Source of the DNA: Candidatus Falkowbacteria bacterium RIFCSPLOWO2_02_FULL_45_15 | GTDB taxonomy: Bacteria > Patescibacteriota > Patescibacteriia > Patescibacteriales > XYC2-FULL-47-12 | Length of the DNA: 33,517 nt | Direction of reading: 5' to 3' | Assembly (NCBI GenBank): GCA_001777995.1 | Contig: MFFV01000027.1 | Span: forward strand, 26,419-59,935 | Shown here: positions 7,772 to 16,429 of the stretch, piece by piece | How positions within the stretch are numbered: the first letter of the stretch is position 1 | How the letters are laid out: the number at the start of each line of letters is the position of its first letter | Notes under the pieces: generated by a model | Seen by the model: only the letters and a program-made list of their open reading frames with translations | The model's database searches: none | What the model was told of the DNA's origin: nothing | Program-made: the position numbers and the translations under genes

Positions 7772-9646
7772 ATGACAAGAAAAATTTTTTGGAGCGCTGT
7801 TATAGGCGCATTGGCAGTTTCTTTTATTTATGGCCTGCCATATTTGCTGATTAAAAAAGAATTGGCGACACAAAATATTTCGTATCATCCTATTTCCGTT
7901 TTTGCCGACTGGGACGAGGCTTTAGTCTATGTGCCGCTCACGGCAACGGCCTCCCGTATGTGGCGACAAACTGACCCGGCGCTATTGGAACATCAGTCTA
8001 CGCCGCTGATGCTCCCCCCGGCCAACCCGATTATTTTTGGCGCTTTAACGCGCATAATAGGCATTGAATCTCTCTGGATTGGCGTTGATTTTATTCTGCC
8101 TCCCCTTATATTTTTACTCTTTTTGGCCATCATGTACCGTATCAGCGCCAATATCTGGCTGTCATTTCTATTAAGCGTTATTTTTATATTTACCCGCAAT
8201 CTCGCGGCTTTAATCCCTTTCTCTACCCTAGAACAGCTGCGGCAATTTTTGATTTTTTTTAAACCTTTTCTTTCCCGTCCCGTTAATTCGTTTTTGCCTT
8301 TTGACCGCATGTTTTCGCCGGAATGGACATTTATTCCTTTAGCCGTCTTTTTCCTCTTGTTAGTTACGGCGCTAATAAAAAATAAAAAAATATTTTATAT
8401 AACAGCCGGTTTAGCCTATGGCTTTTTATTTTATACTTACTTCTACGATTGGGTGATAACAACTATTGTCTTAGCTGTGATGTTAATAATCGCCGTTTTA
8501 AGGCGCGATAAAGAATTGGCAAAAAAAATTCTGCTCACCGGCATCATCGGGCTGGCGGTATCAGTATTTTATTGGCTGAATTTTTGGCGCGTGCTGCAGC
8601 TGCCGCAATACCCAGATATCAGCCTGCGCGCCAGTCTTGAAGTCGGACGAGTATTCCGCTGGTCACATTGGCCTCATTATCTCTTCTGGGCGCTATGGGC
8701 GGGTTGGATATTATTTAAACGTTACCGCGACCCACTGCTTTATCTGGCGGCAGCGATTTTTATCGCCTCTATTGTTTCGCTTAATACACAGCTTGTAGTC
8801 GGCTATGTCCCCCAACCTTACCATTTTTTAGAATTTAGCCTCGCTATCCCCCTTTTTATCGCTTATTATATCTGCGGTCTAAAATTATGGGAAGAATATA
8901 GAGAGCGTTTTAAAAAATATGGCAAATGCCTCGTGGCCATGGCTGGCATTGGGGCACTGCTGGTATCAACGCGAGCGGTGCAATCCCAAATAAGTTATGC
9001 TCAAAATAACGAATGGCGCTATATAAACGCTAAAACAATTGATGAGTCGTTTAATTGGCTGCGAACTAATTTATCGGCAACTGACGTCGTCTTAAGCCCG
9101 TCTTTTATCACTAACTCCTACCTAATGACCGCCACGCCGGTCAAAGTTTTTTATCCTCCGACCGGCTTGGTAACTTCAGCCCCTAACCGCGAAATTGTTG
9201 AACGCTATTTGATTGCGGCTAAACTATTCGGCGCAACCGACAGCCGCTTACAGGAGCTGTTCAACCCTAATTACATCAGCGCCATCTTAGCGCAATCAAC
9301 CGGCGAGCCTGAAAACGAACAAGCTACCTTAGAGAACTTAGTTGCCAAAGCGCTATTGCATGGTGGCTTTAATGTCCAAAATCCGAGCCTCATATATAAT
9401 AATGCTACTGCTTATCGTCAACTTGAAGTGGTAGAGAAAACATTGGATAATTTTACCAAAAGCTGGGATAGTGATAAAGCTAGCTGGCTAAAAAAATACT
9501 CCTGGCAATATGTTTACTTTGGCCCCTATGAAAAAAAATTTTTTTCTTTTACAGCCAAAAACTTTCCCGGCTGTCTAAAAACCGTATACCAAAACGAGGA
9601 CGTGACTATTTATAAAATTTGTTCCGATACAGTAAACGAATCTTAA
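7772..9646 (+). CDS. Large polytopic membrane protein with C-terminal non-membrane domain; GT-C-like architecture, unassigned family
   Basis: 624-aa ORF with many hydrophobic helices in residues about 1-400. An acidic/aromatic first loop (FADWDEALVY) follows helix 1, and a polar domain of about 200 aa ends in DVTIYKI. It starts 19 bp after a Dpm1-like GT2. Architecture matches the 9658-11562 and 14602-16407 products. No canonical PMT_2 motif recognised. Confidence 0.6.
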   Translation: MTRKIFWSAVIGALAVSFIYGLPYLLIKKELATQNISYHPISVFADWDEALVYVPLTATASRMWRQTDPALLEHQSTPLMLPPANPIIFGALTRIIGIESLWIGVDFILPPLIFLLFLAIMYRISANIWLSFLLSVIFIFTRNLAALIPFSTLEQLRQFLIFFKPFLSRPVNSFLPFDRMFSPEWTFIPLAVFFLLLVTALIKNKKIFYITAGLAYGFLFYTYFYDWVITTIVLAVMLIIAVLRRDKELAKKILLTGIIGLAVSVFYWLNFWRVLQLPQYPDISLRASLEVGRVFRWSHWPHYLFWALWAGWILFKRYRDPLLYLAAAIFIASIVSLNTQLVVGYVPQPYHFLEFSLAIPLFIAYYICGLKLWEEYRERFKKYGKCLVAMAGIGALLVSTRAVQSQISYAQNNEWRYINAKTIDESFNWLRTNLSATDVVLSPSFITNSYLMTATPVKVFYPPTGLVTSAPNREIVERYLIAAKLFGATDSRLQELFNPNYISAILAQSTGEPENEQATLENLVAKALLHGGFNVQNPSLIYNNATAYRQLEVVEKTLDNFTKSWDSDKASWLKKYSWQYVYFGPYEKKFFSFTAKNFPGCLKTVYQNEDVTIYKICSDTVNES

Positions 9647-9657
9647 AATAACTCTGA

Positions 9658-11562
9658 CTAAAATTGATAAACGTAAACGTCGTTAAATTTATTGATAAAT
9701 TCAATTTGCGGCAATTGCGCCGCTACCTGCTCGCGCAATGGACCGACGGAAACGATATAATCAAGACGATAGGCGCGCAACGCATCCGCAAAATCCCGCC
9801 GCATAAAATTCCGATAGTCATCGGGCAAGCGCTGTAAGCTCTCCGCCAGCGTTGTAGTGGAAAAATCAGGAAACTGCGGCGCGCCATGAACATCTTTCCA
9901 ATTAGTAAAAAGATTGCTAACCACCTCCGGCTGATTATCAGCTAAATATGCCTCAATGGTATCCGATGTTACCCCTTTCATTCGCAATAAAATCAGGTAG
10001 CTGTGGTAGCGGCGGGCGGGGTCTAAGAGATTGTAAGCCCAAGTTGAGCTGTAAACATTGCAGTGCGTAAAGGCAGGCACCAGACCAACTAAATTATACA
10101 TATCGTTGGAATCATCAATCACCAGCACCACGCAGTCCTTTTCCCGCTCGTTCAGCCAAGCAAAAACCGCTCCGTACTCCTGCAGGCCGGCATAATAATT
10201 AAAATGAACGCGGTAAGCGTTTGCCTGCGTAAATACTCCCCAGGCGAGTGAAGATGCGGCTGCAAGCGCTATTACTGCAAACCACAATTTAGGCATGACC
10301 TTGCCCACTACAACATACCCCGAAACAAAAGTAACGATAATTGCAATCGGAATGGTATACTGAACGAAATGAAACGGCCAAACGGCCCGGCCAGTAATGA
10401 CTTGCTGGTTTAATGCCCATAGACCGCCCAAAATTAAAGCTAAACAAAAGAGATGCCAATCTTGCAGGCGCGTTTTGTACGCTAAATTAACAACTCGCTC
10501 TCGCCATAACGGCCAAGAGTTTCTCTGCCAAAATAAAAATAAGAGCAGCGCTCCATAAAAAAACAAAGCCGCCAATAAAACCTTGTTAAGCAAAGGGTAG
10601 TGAGTGTAAAGCAACCCGTTGCGCAGCATCGCGTCTTCATACCACTGGTTATCGCGCAACCGCAGCATAATATACCAATAGGGCGCCGTCAGCAGCGTAG
10701 CCGATACGCCTATAGCCAATAAACGCTTAACGGGCACATATTTTTTTTCTATAACATATACAATAAATAGTATCCCCATAACTGACACCGCCAACCCCCA
10801 GCTGAAAAAATAATTGCCTACCATCAGCGCCAACAGCACGCCGGCAACGCCAACGAATGTTTTGGCATGTTGATGATTTTGCATGATGCGCCAAAGACAC
10901 AGTAAAAAAGCAAAGAACAAAACGCCGCCGATAATTGGGTTAACCGGACGCGACCATACCAAAAACGAACTGCTATGTATTTGACCGGTTAAAAACAGCC
11001 AAACGGTCCGATAGTCTATCAAATCGTAGCCCAAGGTAACTAACAACGCGCCGGCAACGGCATTTAATCTCTTTGACACCTCACTATCATAGATAGTTAA
11101 GTTATATATTAAAAAATAAATTAGCACAAACAACGCCGCCGGCAAGACGAACCGGTTAACGGTGACGACTGTAATTAAGGGCAGGCGCAAAGCCATACTG
11201 GGCAGAGCATAAAACATCTCGCCCAAAGACGGCGTTAAAGGCCACTGGTCCTTGCCTTCATAAAAAGCGAATGAACCTAAACTGGGATGCCCGTCCATAA
11301 TCTCCTGCATTCTGGCGATATAAAAATCTTCATTGGCTGTCTCCATCATGGGGATACCCTGATATTTATCGCCTAAAGACCATACAAAAAAAATATGAGG
11401 CGCCAGATAAATGAGCCCCACGATTAAAGCGCCGGCTAATGCTAATTTGTGCTTGGCAACCACTGTTTGTAGATAACCAAAAAATGTTTTTATGCTATCC
11501 ATATAATCATCCCCAATAAAAATTGCAATATTTTTTTGTCTTAGGCGCTTTATCTTTTTCAT
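9658..11562 (-). CDS. Large polytopic membrane protein with C-terminal non-membrane domain; GT-C-like architecture, paralog of the 14602-16407 product
   Basis: 634-aa ORF. First-loop motif EDFYIARMQEIMDGHPSLG (about nt 11275-11331) and mid-protein GLLYTHYP are shared with the 14602-16407 protein. About 12 hydrophobic segments, and a polar C-terminal domain ending DVYVYQF. An alternative start at Met21 (MDSIKTF) is possible. Confidence 0.6.
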   Translation of the reverse strand: MKKIKRLRQKNIAIFIGDDYMDSIKTFFGYLQTVVAKHKLALAGALIVGLIYLAPHIFFVWSLGDKYQGIPMMETANEDFYIARMQEIMDGHPSLGSFAFYEGKDQWPLTPSLGEMFYALPSMALRLPLITVVTVNRFVLPAALFVLIYFLIYNLTIYDSEVSKRLNAVAGALLVTLGYDLIDYRTVWLFLTGQIHSSSFLVWSRPVNPIIGGVLFFAFLLCLWRIMQNHQHAKTFVGVAGVLLALMVGNYFFSWGLAVSVMGILFIVYVIEKKYVPVKRLLAIGVSATLLTAPYWYIMLRLRDNQWYEDAMLRNGLLYTHYPLLNKVLLAALFFYGALLLFLFWQRNSWPLWRERVVNLAYKTRLQDWHLFCLALILGGLWALNQQVITGRAVWPFHFVQYTIPIAIIVTFVSGYVVVGKVMPKLWFAVIALAAASSLAWGVFTQANAYRVHFNYYAGLQEYGAVFAWLNEREKDCVVLVIDDSNDMYNLVGLVPAFTHCNVYSSTWAYNLLDPARRYHSYLILLRMKGVTSDTIEAYLADNQPEVVSNLFTNWKDVHGAPQFPDFSTTTLAESLQRLPDDYRNFMRRDFADALRAYRLDYIVSVGPLREQVAAQLPQIEFINKFNDVYVYQF

Positions 11563-11646
11563 CTATTGGATATAACAGACAGTAAAATGGTAAATTATTC
11601 CATCTTAAACAATCATTCCCCGAAAGGCATCTTTTAGTAAATAGCC

Positions 11647-11689
11647 AAAAACATGGGGAGTCGTTGCAACAACCGTGATGCCCGCATGT
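11647..11689 (-). terminator. Putative intrinsic terminator-like hairpin downstream of the 11761-12846 gene
   Basis: On the minus strand, ACAUG-C-GGG (11689-11681) pairs with CCC-CAUGU (about 11658-11651), giving 8 bp with one bulge. The loop of about 22 nt contains a GUUG/CAAC mini-stem. UUUU (11650-11647) follows directly. It lies about 70 nt after the upstream stop, inside the largest intergenic gap (198 bp). The long loop makes it non-canonical. Confidence 0.35.
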
Positions 11690-11760
11690 CCCTTTTCTTA
11701 ATAAAATCTGCTTAATAACATACTAATGTCTCATAAAACTTCTTAAATGTTCCATAAAAT

Positions 11761-12846
11761 TTAAATAAACCTATTAATAATAGCTGAAATTTTTTTAACT
11801 TCAGCGTCGGTTAAAAACGGATATAACGGTAAAGAAAGCAGTTCCTTGGCATACTTCTCTGCCCGCGGAAAAAAACCATGCGCATACCGCTTGAAAGCCG
11901 CCTGTTTATTTAACGGCTTAGGATAATGGACTAAAGTCTCTACCCCGTTTTTTTGTAAAAATTTCCTTAGCTTGTCCCGCTGTTTTGAACGAATCACGAA
12001 TAAATGGTAAACATGTCTGCTATTGCTTGCCGTTGATGGCAAAGTAATATTGAGATTATTGATTGATTTTCTGTATAATTCAGCGATTTGCTGGCGCCGC
12101 TTATTCCAACGGTCAAGATATTTTAATTTTACTCGCAAGATGGTTGCCTGCAATTCGTCCAAACGGCTGTTAATGCCGAATCTTACGCTCTCCGTTCTAT
12201 TTTTCTGACCGTAAAAACGAAGTTGCAATAACTTTTTATAATAATTTTGATTATTAGTAACAATTGCCCCCCCATCGCCGTAAGCCCCTATATTTTTTGT
12301 CGGATAAAAACTAAAACAGCCAAAGTCTCCCCATGCCCCCACTATTTTTTCCTCCCAATAAGCGCCGTTAGCCTGAGCGCAATCCTCAATTAATAAAAGA
12401 TGGCGCTTTTTAGCTAAGGCGCGTAAGGCACGCAGGTTGCATGCTTGGCCGTATAAATGAACCGCAATAATCGCTTTAGTCTTTTTTGTTATCACTTTTG
12501 GTATCTGCTCTATATCAATTAAAAAAGAATTGTCGCAATCAACCAAGACTGGAATAGCGCCGCTCATTAAAACCGCTATGGCGGTGGGGATAGCGGTATT
12601 CACCGGCACAATGACTTCATCTCCTTGACCAACACCGGCGCTTAATAAACTTAAATACAAAGCATCGGTACCGGAATTTACGCCTACGCAATATTTTGCC
12701 CCACAATAGCGGCTGAATTCATCTTCAAATTTTTTTACTTCTGGACCTAAAACATACCAACCGCCTTTAAACATCATGGTCAATGCCCGACTTATTTCTT
12801 TGCGCAAATAGCTATATTCGCGGACGAAATCGATAAATTTAATCAT
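11761..12846 (-). CDS. DegT-family nucleotide-sugar aminotransferase (FdtB/QdtB/TylB-like by context)
   Basis: 361-aa ORF with GVNSGTDALYLSL, GDEVIVPVNTAIPTA, LIEDCAQA and PLP-lysine motif CFSFYPTKNIGAYGDGG. Its start overlaps the stop of the upstream ketoisomerase gene by 8 nt (ATGATTAA). Confidence 0.9.
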   Translation of the reverse strand: MIKFIDFVREYSYLRKEISRALTMMFKGGWYVLGPEVKKFEDEFSRYCGAKYCVGVNSGTDALYLSLLSAGVGQGDEVIVPVNTAIPTAIAVLMSGAIPVLVDCDNSFLIDIEQIPKVITKKTKAIIAVHLYGQACNLRALRALAKKRHLLLIEDCAQANGAYWEEKIVGAWGDFGCFSFYPTKNIGAYGDGGAIVTNNQNYYKKLLQLRFYGQKNRTESVRFGINSRLDELQATILRVKLKYLDRWNKRRQQIAELYRKSINNLNITLPSTASNSRHVYHLFVIRSKQRDKLRKFLQKNGVETLVHYPKPLNKQAAFKRYAHGFFPRAEKYAKELLSLPLYPFLTDAEVKKISAIINRFI

Positions 12847-13267
12847 TTTTTATATATTTTAGAAAATGCTGATAATCACGGATATAATCGCTTTCCCGAT
12901 AATAATCACTGGCAACTACCAAAATGACGCAATCCGATGAAAATTTTTTCATCACCCGCCAAACTGCCGCTCTTAAATAAACACCGGTGTAGGGGTCATT
13001 CATTAAAATTTTTTGTTTTGTCTGCCCATCGTCCAAGTGCAGTTCAAACGAACCGTTGATGCACAAAATTATCTGCTGTAATTTCTTATGGGCGTGCAAA
13101 CCGCGAATGGCTTTTTTATTGAATAAACTATTAATAAAATAAAAACGCTTAATGGGAAACGGCACGCTCTTTTTTTCTTCGCCGATCACTAAATTACCGT
13201 CGGGAAAGTCATTAAAAAATTGCAGCTTGATGATGCTGGCATTTTTTACTTTTATTTTTTTAACCAT
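12839..13267 (-). CDS. FdtA/QdtA/WxcM-type NDP-4-keto-6-deoxyhexose 3,4-ketoisomerase (cupin)
   Basis: 142-aa ORF. FPIKRFYFI...IRGLHAHKKLQQIILCINGSFELHLDDG...GVYLRAAVW matches the FdtA/WxcM cupin pattern, with the His pair in RG.HAHK. Size is typical for this family. Confidence 0.8.
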   Translation of the reverse strand: MVKKIKVKNASIIKLQFFNDFPDGNLVIGEEKKSVPFPIKRFYFINSLFNKKAIRGLHAHKKLQQIILCINGSFELHLDDGQTKQKILMNDPYTGVYLRAAVWRVMKKFSSDCVILVVASDYYRESDYIRDYQHFLKYIKND

Positions 13268-13276
13268 ATGTTTACA

Positions 13277-13864
13277 TTAAGCCAAAATAAAAACTTGGTA
13301 ATCACAAACGCCTGTCCGCAAGGGATATTCCTTTTGCACTAAAAATTGTTCCGCTAGCAAATTACGATATCCCTGCGGCGTACGAATGTGTTCCCCCGCG
13401 TCTAAACTCCGAACAAACCGAGAGATGATTTGTTGGGCTGGTATATCTTCCATTACTACTGCTTTTCCTCCCGGTTTTAATAGCCGCTTCATCTCGGCTA
13501 CTACCAAACTAACAGCAGTATCATTAAGATGATGGAGAACACCATTAACCCAAATAGCGTCAAAAGATTGGGCCGGAAATTGTATTTTGCCTGCATCCAT
13601 CACCTGAAATTGTTTACTAGGATAACGCCAGCGAGCATAGTTAATATAAGGTTGGGAAATATCAATCCCTACATAGCCTGGCCCAAACCAAGGAGAAAAT
13701 ACGCCGGTACCGCACCCTAAATCCAATACTATTTGCGATTGACGCTCCGGCAATTCTTGGGAGATTACTTCCTTCTCGCCCTGATGATTATTTTCTAATA
13801 TCCGGCGGACAAAATCTAAAATTACCGGCCGTTGCACTACCCAATCAATAATTTTATTAACCAT
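13277..13864 (-). CDS. Class I SAM-dependent methyltransferase (Methyltransf_11/25-like)
   Basis: 195-aa ORF with SAM motif I VLDLGCGTGVF, acidic loop GIDIS, post-II FDAIWVNGVLHHL and LKPGGKAVVME. It lies directly upstream of the ketoisomerase/aminotransferase pair. Confidence 0.8.
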   Translation of the reverse strand: MVNKIIDWVVQRPVILDFVRRILENNHQGEKEVISQELPERQSQIVLDLGCGTGVFSPWFGPGYVGIDISQPYINYARWRYPSKQFQVMDAGKIQFPAQSFDAIWVNGVLHHLNDTAVSLVVAEMKRLLKPGGKAVVMEDIPAQQIISRFVRSLDAGEHIRTPQGYRNLLAEQFLVQKEYPLRTGVCDYQVFILA

Positions 13865-13869
13865 AAATA

Positions 13870-14589
13870 TTATTTCGCTTTACCTAATAACACCAGCTCC
13901 CACCATAATTTAAATAAAGTCATTAGTGTCCGACTCACTCGCCGTACCGTAAAAAACTGCGACTGACCATAAGTGCGAGAATAATGATGCACCGGTACTT
14001 CGCGGATAACAACACCGGCATTCTGCAAACGCCGTGACAACTCAACACACATACTACCATCATCACTTTTGAGCGTTATTTGGTCTAGTTTTTCTTTTTT
14101 AAACAAACGATAATCACAGTCTACATCTCTAATTTTAAGCAAAAAAACAACTTTCATTGCCCATTGATAAATCTTACCGATAATAATTCTATCAAAAGTA
14201 TCCTGGCGCTTAATTTTATAACCGTTTACCAAATCAACTTCTGGCTCGGCGGCTTGAGCTAATAAAACTAATTCTTTAACATCGTATTGCGCGTCCCCGT
14301 CGGTGTAAAAAATCCATTCCTTGGTAGCTTGAGCAAAACCACTCTTGAGCGCTGCGCCATACCCTTGGTTATGTTCATGGAAGACGACTTTAAGACGAGG
14401 GTTGGTCTCTTGCAATGACGCTAATAGTTCCCGAGCGCCATCGATTGAGCCGTCATCAGTTACAATAATTTCGTAATCATTAATGTTTAAGTTATGGACA
14501 GTTTCCGTGGCGTCATCTATAAGTTTCTTTATTGTACCTTTATCATTATAGCAAGGGAAAAAAATGGATATAGAATTTATGTTAGACAT
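13870..14589 (-). CDS. GT2 glycosyltransferase, Dpm1-like (polyprenyl-phosphate sugar synthase type)
   Basis: 239-aa ORF with ISIFFPCYNDKGTI, VTDDGSIDGA and YTDGDAQYDV (DxD). It starts 12 bp downstream of the stop of the large membrane protein gene (14602-16407). Confidence 0.85.
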   Translation of the reverse strand: MSNINSISIFFPCYNDKGTIKKLIDDATETVHNLNINDYEIIVTDDGSIDGARELLASLQETNPRLKVVFHEHNQGYGAALKSGFAQATKEWIFYTDGDAQYDVKELVLLAQAAEPEVDLVNGYKIKRQDTFDRIIIGKIYQWAMKVVFLLKIRDVDCDYRLFKKEKLDQITLKSDDGSMCVELSRRLQNAGVVIREVPVHHYSRTYGQSQFFTVRRVSRTLMTLFKLWWELVLLGKAK

Positions 14590-14601
14590 AAATCTAACTA
14601 T

Positions 14602-16407
14602 TTATCCGTTAGTTAATTTATAAATGGTAAATCTTGAATCTTGATACCCAATATCAGCCTGAATACCGATGATAATAATATTAGTCTGCAACGCTGGATA
14701 GTATAAATTATCAACTAAAACATAGGAAACATGGTATTGCCGCAATTTCTCGCTGATGTTAGGCTTAATTTCCTGCGTGTACTGTTGATATAAATTACTG
14801 AAAAAATTCTCTCCACGGAAAGTAACAGCATTAGCGACAAGCTCCCCACAATTGTAACCTAATTTATCCAAAAATAGCAAGCGGCAAACGCGCACGCGGC
14901 GGTTATAAACTTTATATTGATGGACAGCGTTAGCTACTCCGGCATATGACCAAAAATCAGCTTCAATGTCTGCTTGAGTTAGGTCGTCAAAATAATGAGA
15001 TGTCAAATAACGTTGCACCTGCTCCGTATCTGGAAATAAGTAGTCCGACCCAGAAGGCGCGAAAAGTACATAGTGCTTTGTCAATATGGGAATGTAATTA
15101 TTAATATCGTCAGTGCCCAGCGTCCAAATAACAACCGATTCGTTTCTCTGTTCTTCCAGCCAATTTAACGGCGCTGCGTAAAATTGCCTCTCTACCACAG
15201 TTTGCCGATTTTCTCGCACCATAGTCACCAGACTGAATCCTTCGCGGGCATATAACAAAACCCCTGCTGAAACTATCAATAATAATGCGCTTAATGTTAT
15301 TTTTTTTCCTAAGCCGTTTGTTTTTATTTGCTGTCGATATTTAAGAGCGTACGCCACCAAAATAGTAAAAACTGCTGCCAGCCACACTACCATAAACCGC
15401 TCAATATGCTGGGAATTTTCCGACTCTTTACCGCTTAAAATGTTACTGCCAGAGGTAATGAGCATGGCGACGCCGCTTAAAGCATAAAGTGGCAATGTCT
15501 TTTTGTATGTTTCGTCCTGCCTGATAATTTCCACCCAACGCCATAAGAAAAACCATAGACCTAGCGCCGCCGCCACCCAAAAGCCGGAAGTAAAAAAATT
15601 AGTGGCTGGCAGGTGGGTATAAACAAGACCGACACGCCTCATTGATTCCCAAAAATATGGCGATTGTATCTGCTGCCAAGTATATGCCAGAAAAGGAATG
15701 GAGGCAATGAATGCTAAAGCGCAAGCCGCTGCTAAATACGTTGCCTCCCGACGACGATGTTTGACGGATAAATATACAATCATCAGCGGCATAAAAACCG
15801 CTATAATCTGCGTCAAGTAGGTATATACGTACACGGACAGTGTGGCGGATATAGCTACCAGCCACACTGCCTTTTTGCTGGTGGGGTATTTTTGCCAGAT
15901 AATTATCGCCAGCAAAAAAATCAAAAATACTGGCAGAACTGTCTGCAAGGAAACCGCTCTGGCTAAAATGGAAAAGGAGGTGACATAGCCCAATAAGGCG
16001 CCAATCAAACACAATTTTTCTGGCACGGCGCAGCATCGCAGCACAAAATAAAAAATAGCCGTGAACAACCATGACCAAAAGAACAGATTAAATATTACCG
16101 TGCTGCTGATAGAAAAACCTAAAAATAAAGGCCAAGCCGCCAGCCAGTCGGCGACGAAAAAAGATAGTGCTAACTCGCCATTATGTTCAAGATAAAACGG
16201 ATTGCCAACAAATGGGTGACCATCAAATATTTCTTTCAGGCGGGCATAATAAAAATAGCTATCGCCGGTGAACTGCAGAGGCACCCCCTCCCAATTATGA
16301 CCGACGACTGAAAAAATTAAACCCAAGGCTGTGGCCGTCAGAATGGTAATAACCGCCAAAAGGGCAATCAGATAGCGGTACTTTTGAAACTGTGCGCGCA
16401 ATTGCAT
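14602..16407 (-). CDS. Large polytopic membrane protein with C-terminal non-membrane domain; GT-C-like architecture, paralog of the 9658-11562 product
   Basis: 601-aa ORF. First-loop motif DSYFYYARLKEIFDGHPFVG (about nt 16204-16263) and GLVYTHLP are shared with the 9658-11562 protein. Multiple hydrophobic helices, and a polar C-terminal domain ending RFTIYKL. Flanked on both sides by Dpm1-like GT2 genes. Confidence 0.6.
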   Translation of the reverse strand: MQLRAQFQKYRYLIALLAVITILTATALGLIFSVVGHNWEGVPLQFTGDSYFYYARLKEIFDGHPFVGNPFYLEHNGELALSFFVADWLAAWPLFLGFSISSTVIFNLFFWSWLFTAIFYFVLRCCAVPEKLCLIGALLGYVTSFSILARAVSLQTVLPVFLIFLLAIIIWQKYPTSKKAVWLVAISATLSVYVYTYLTQIIAVFMPLMIVYLSVKHRRREATYLAAACALAFIASIPFLAYTWQQIQSPYFWESMRRVGLVYTHLPATNFFTSGFWVAAALGLWFFLWRWVEIIRQDETYKKTLPLYALSGVAMLITSGSNILSGKESENSQHIERFMVVWLAAVFTILVAYALKYRQQIKTNGLGKKITLSALLLIVSAGVLLYAREGFSLVTMVRENRQTVVERQFYAAPLNWLEEQRNESVVIWTLGTDDINNYIPILTKHYVLFAPSGSDYLFPDTEQVQRYLTSHYFDDLTQADIEADFWSYAGVANAVHQYKVYNRRVRVCRLLFLDKLGYNCGELVANAVTFRGENFFSNLYQQYTQEIKPNISEKLRQYHVSYVLVDNLYYPALQTNIIIIGIQADIGYQDSRFTIYKLTNG

Positions 16408-16429
16408 ATTAGTGTTATTTACGATGAGA

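Noticed and set aside
11563-11760. 198-bp gap screened for a small ORF, riboswitch or ncRNA
   Set aside because: The only ORFs are 17 codons or shorter (for example MRASRLLQRLPMFLAIY) with no start context. Apart from the terminator-like hairpin at 11647-11689 I could not find a convincing multi-stem structure, and promoter hexamers are ambiguous.
15599-16078. 159-aa minus-strand ORF
   Set aside because: It lies in an alternative frame entirely inside the 601-aa membrane protein gene (14602-16407). The main frame gives a coherent polytopic protein with paralog support.
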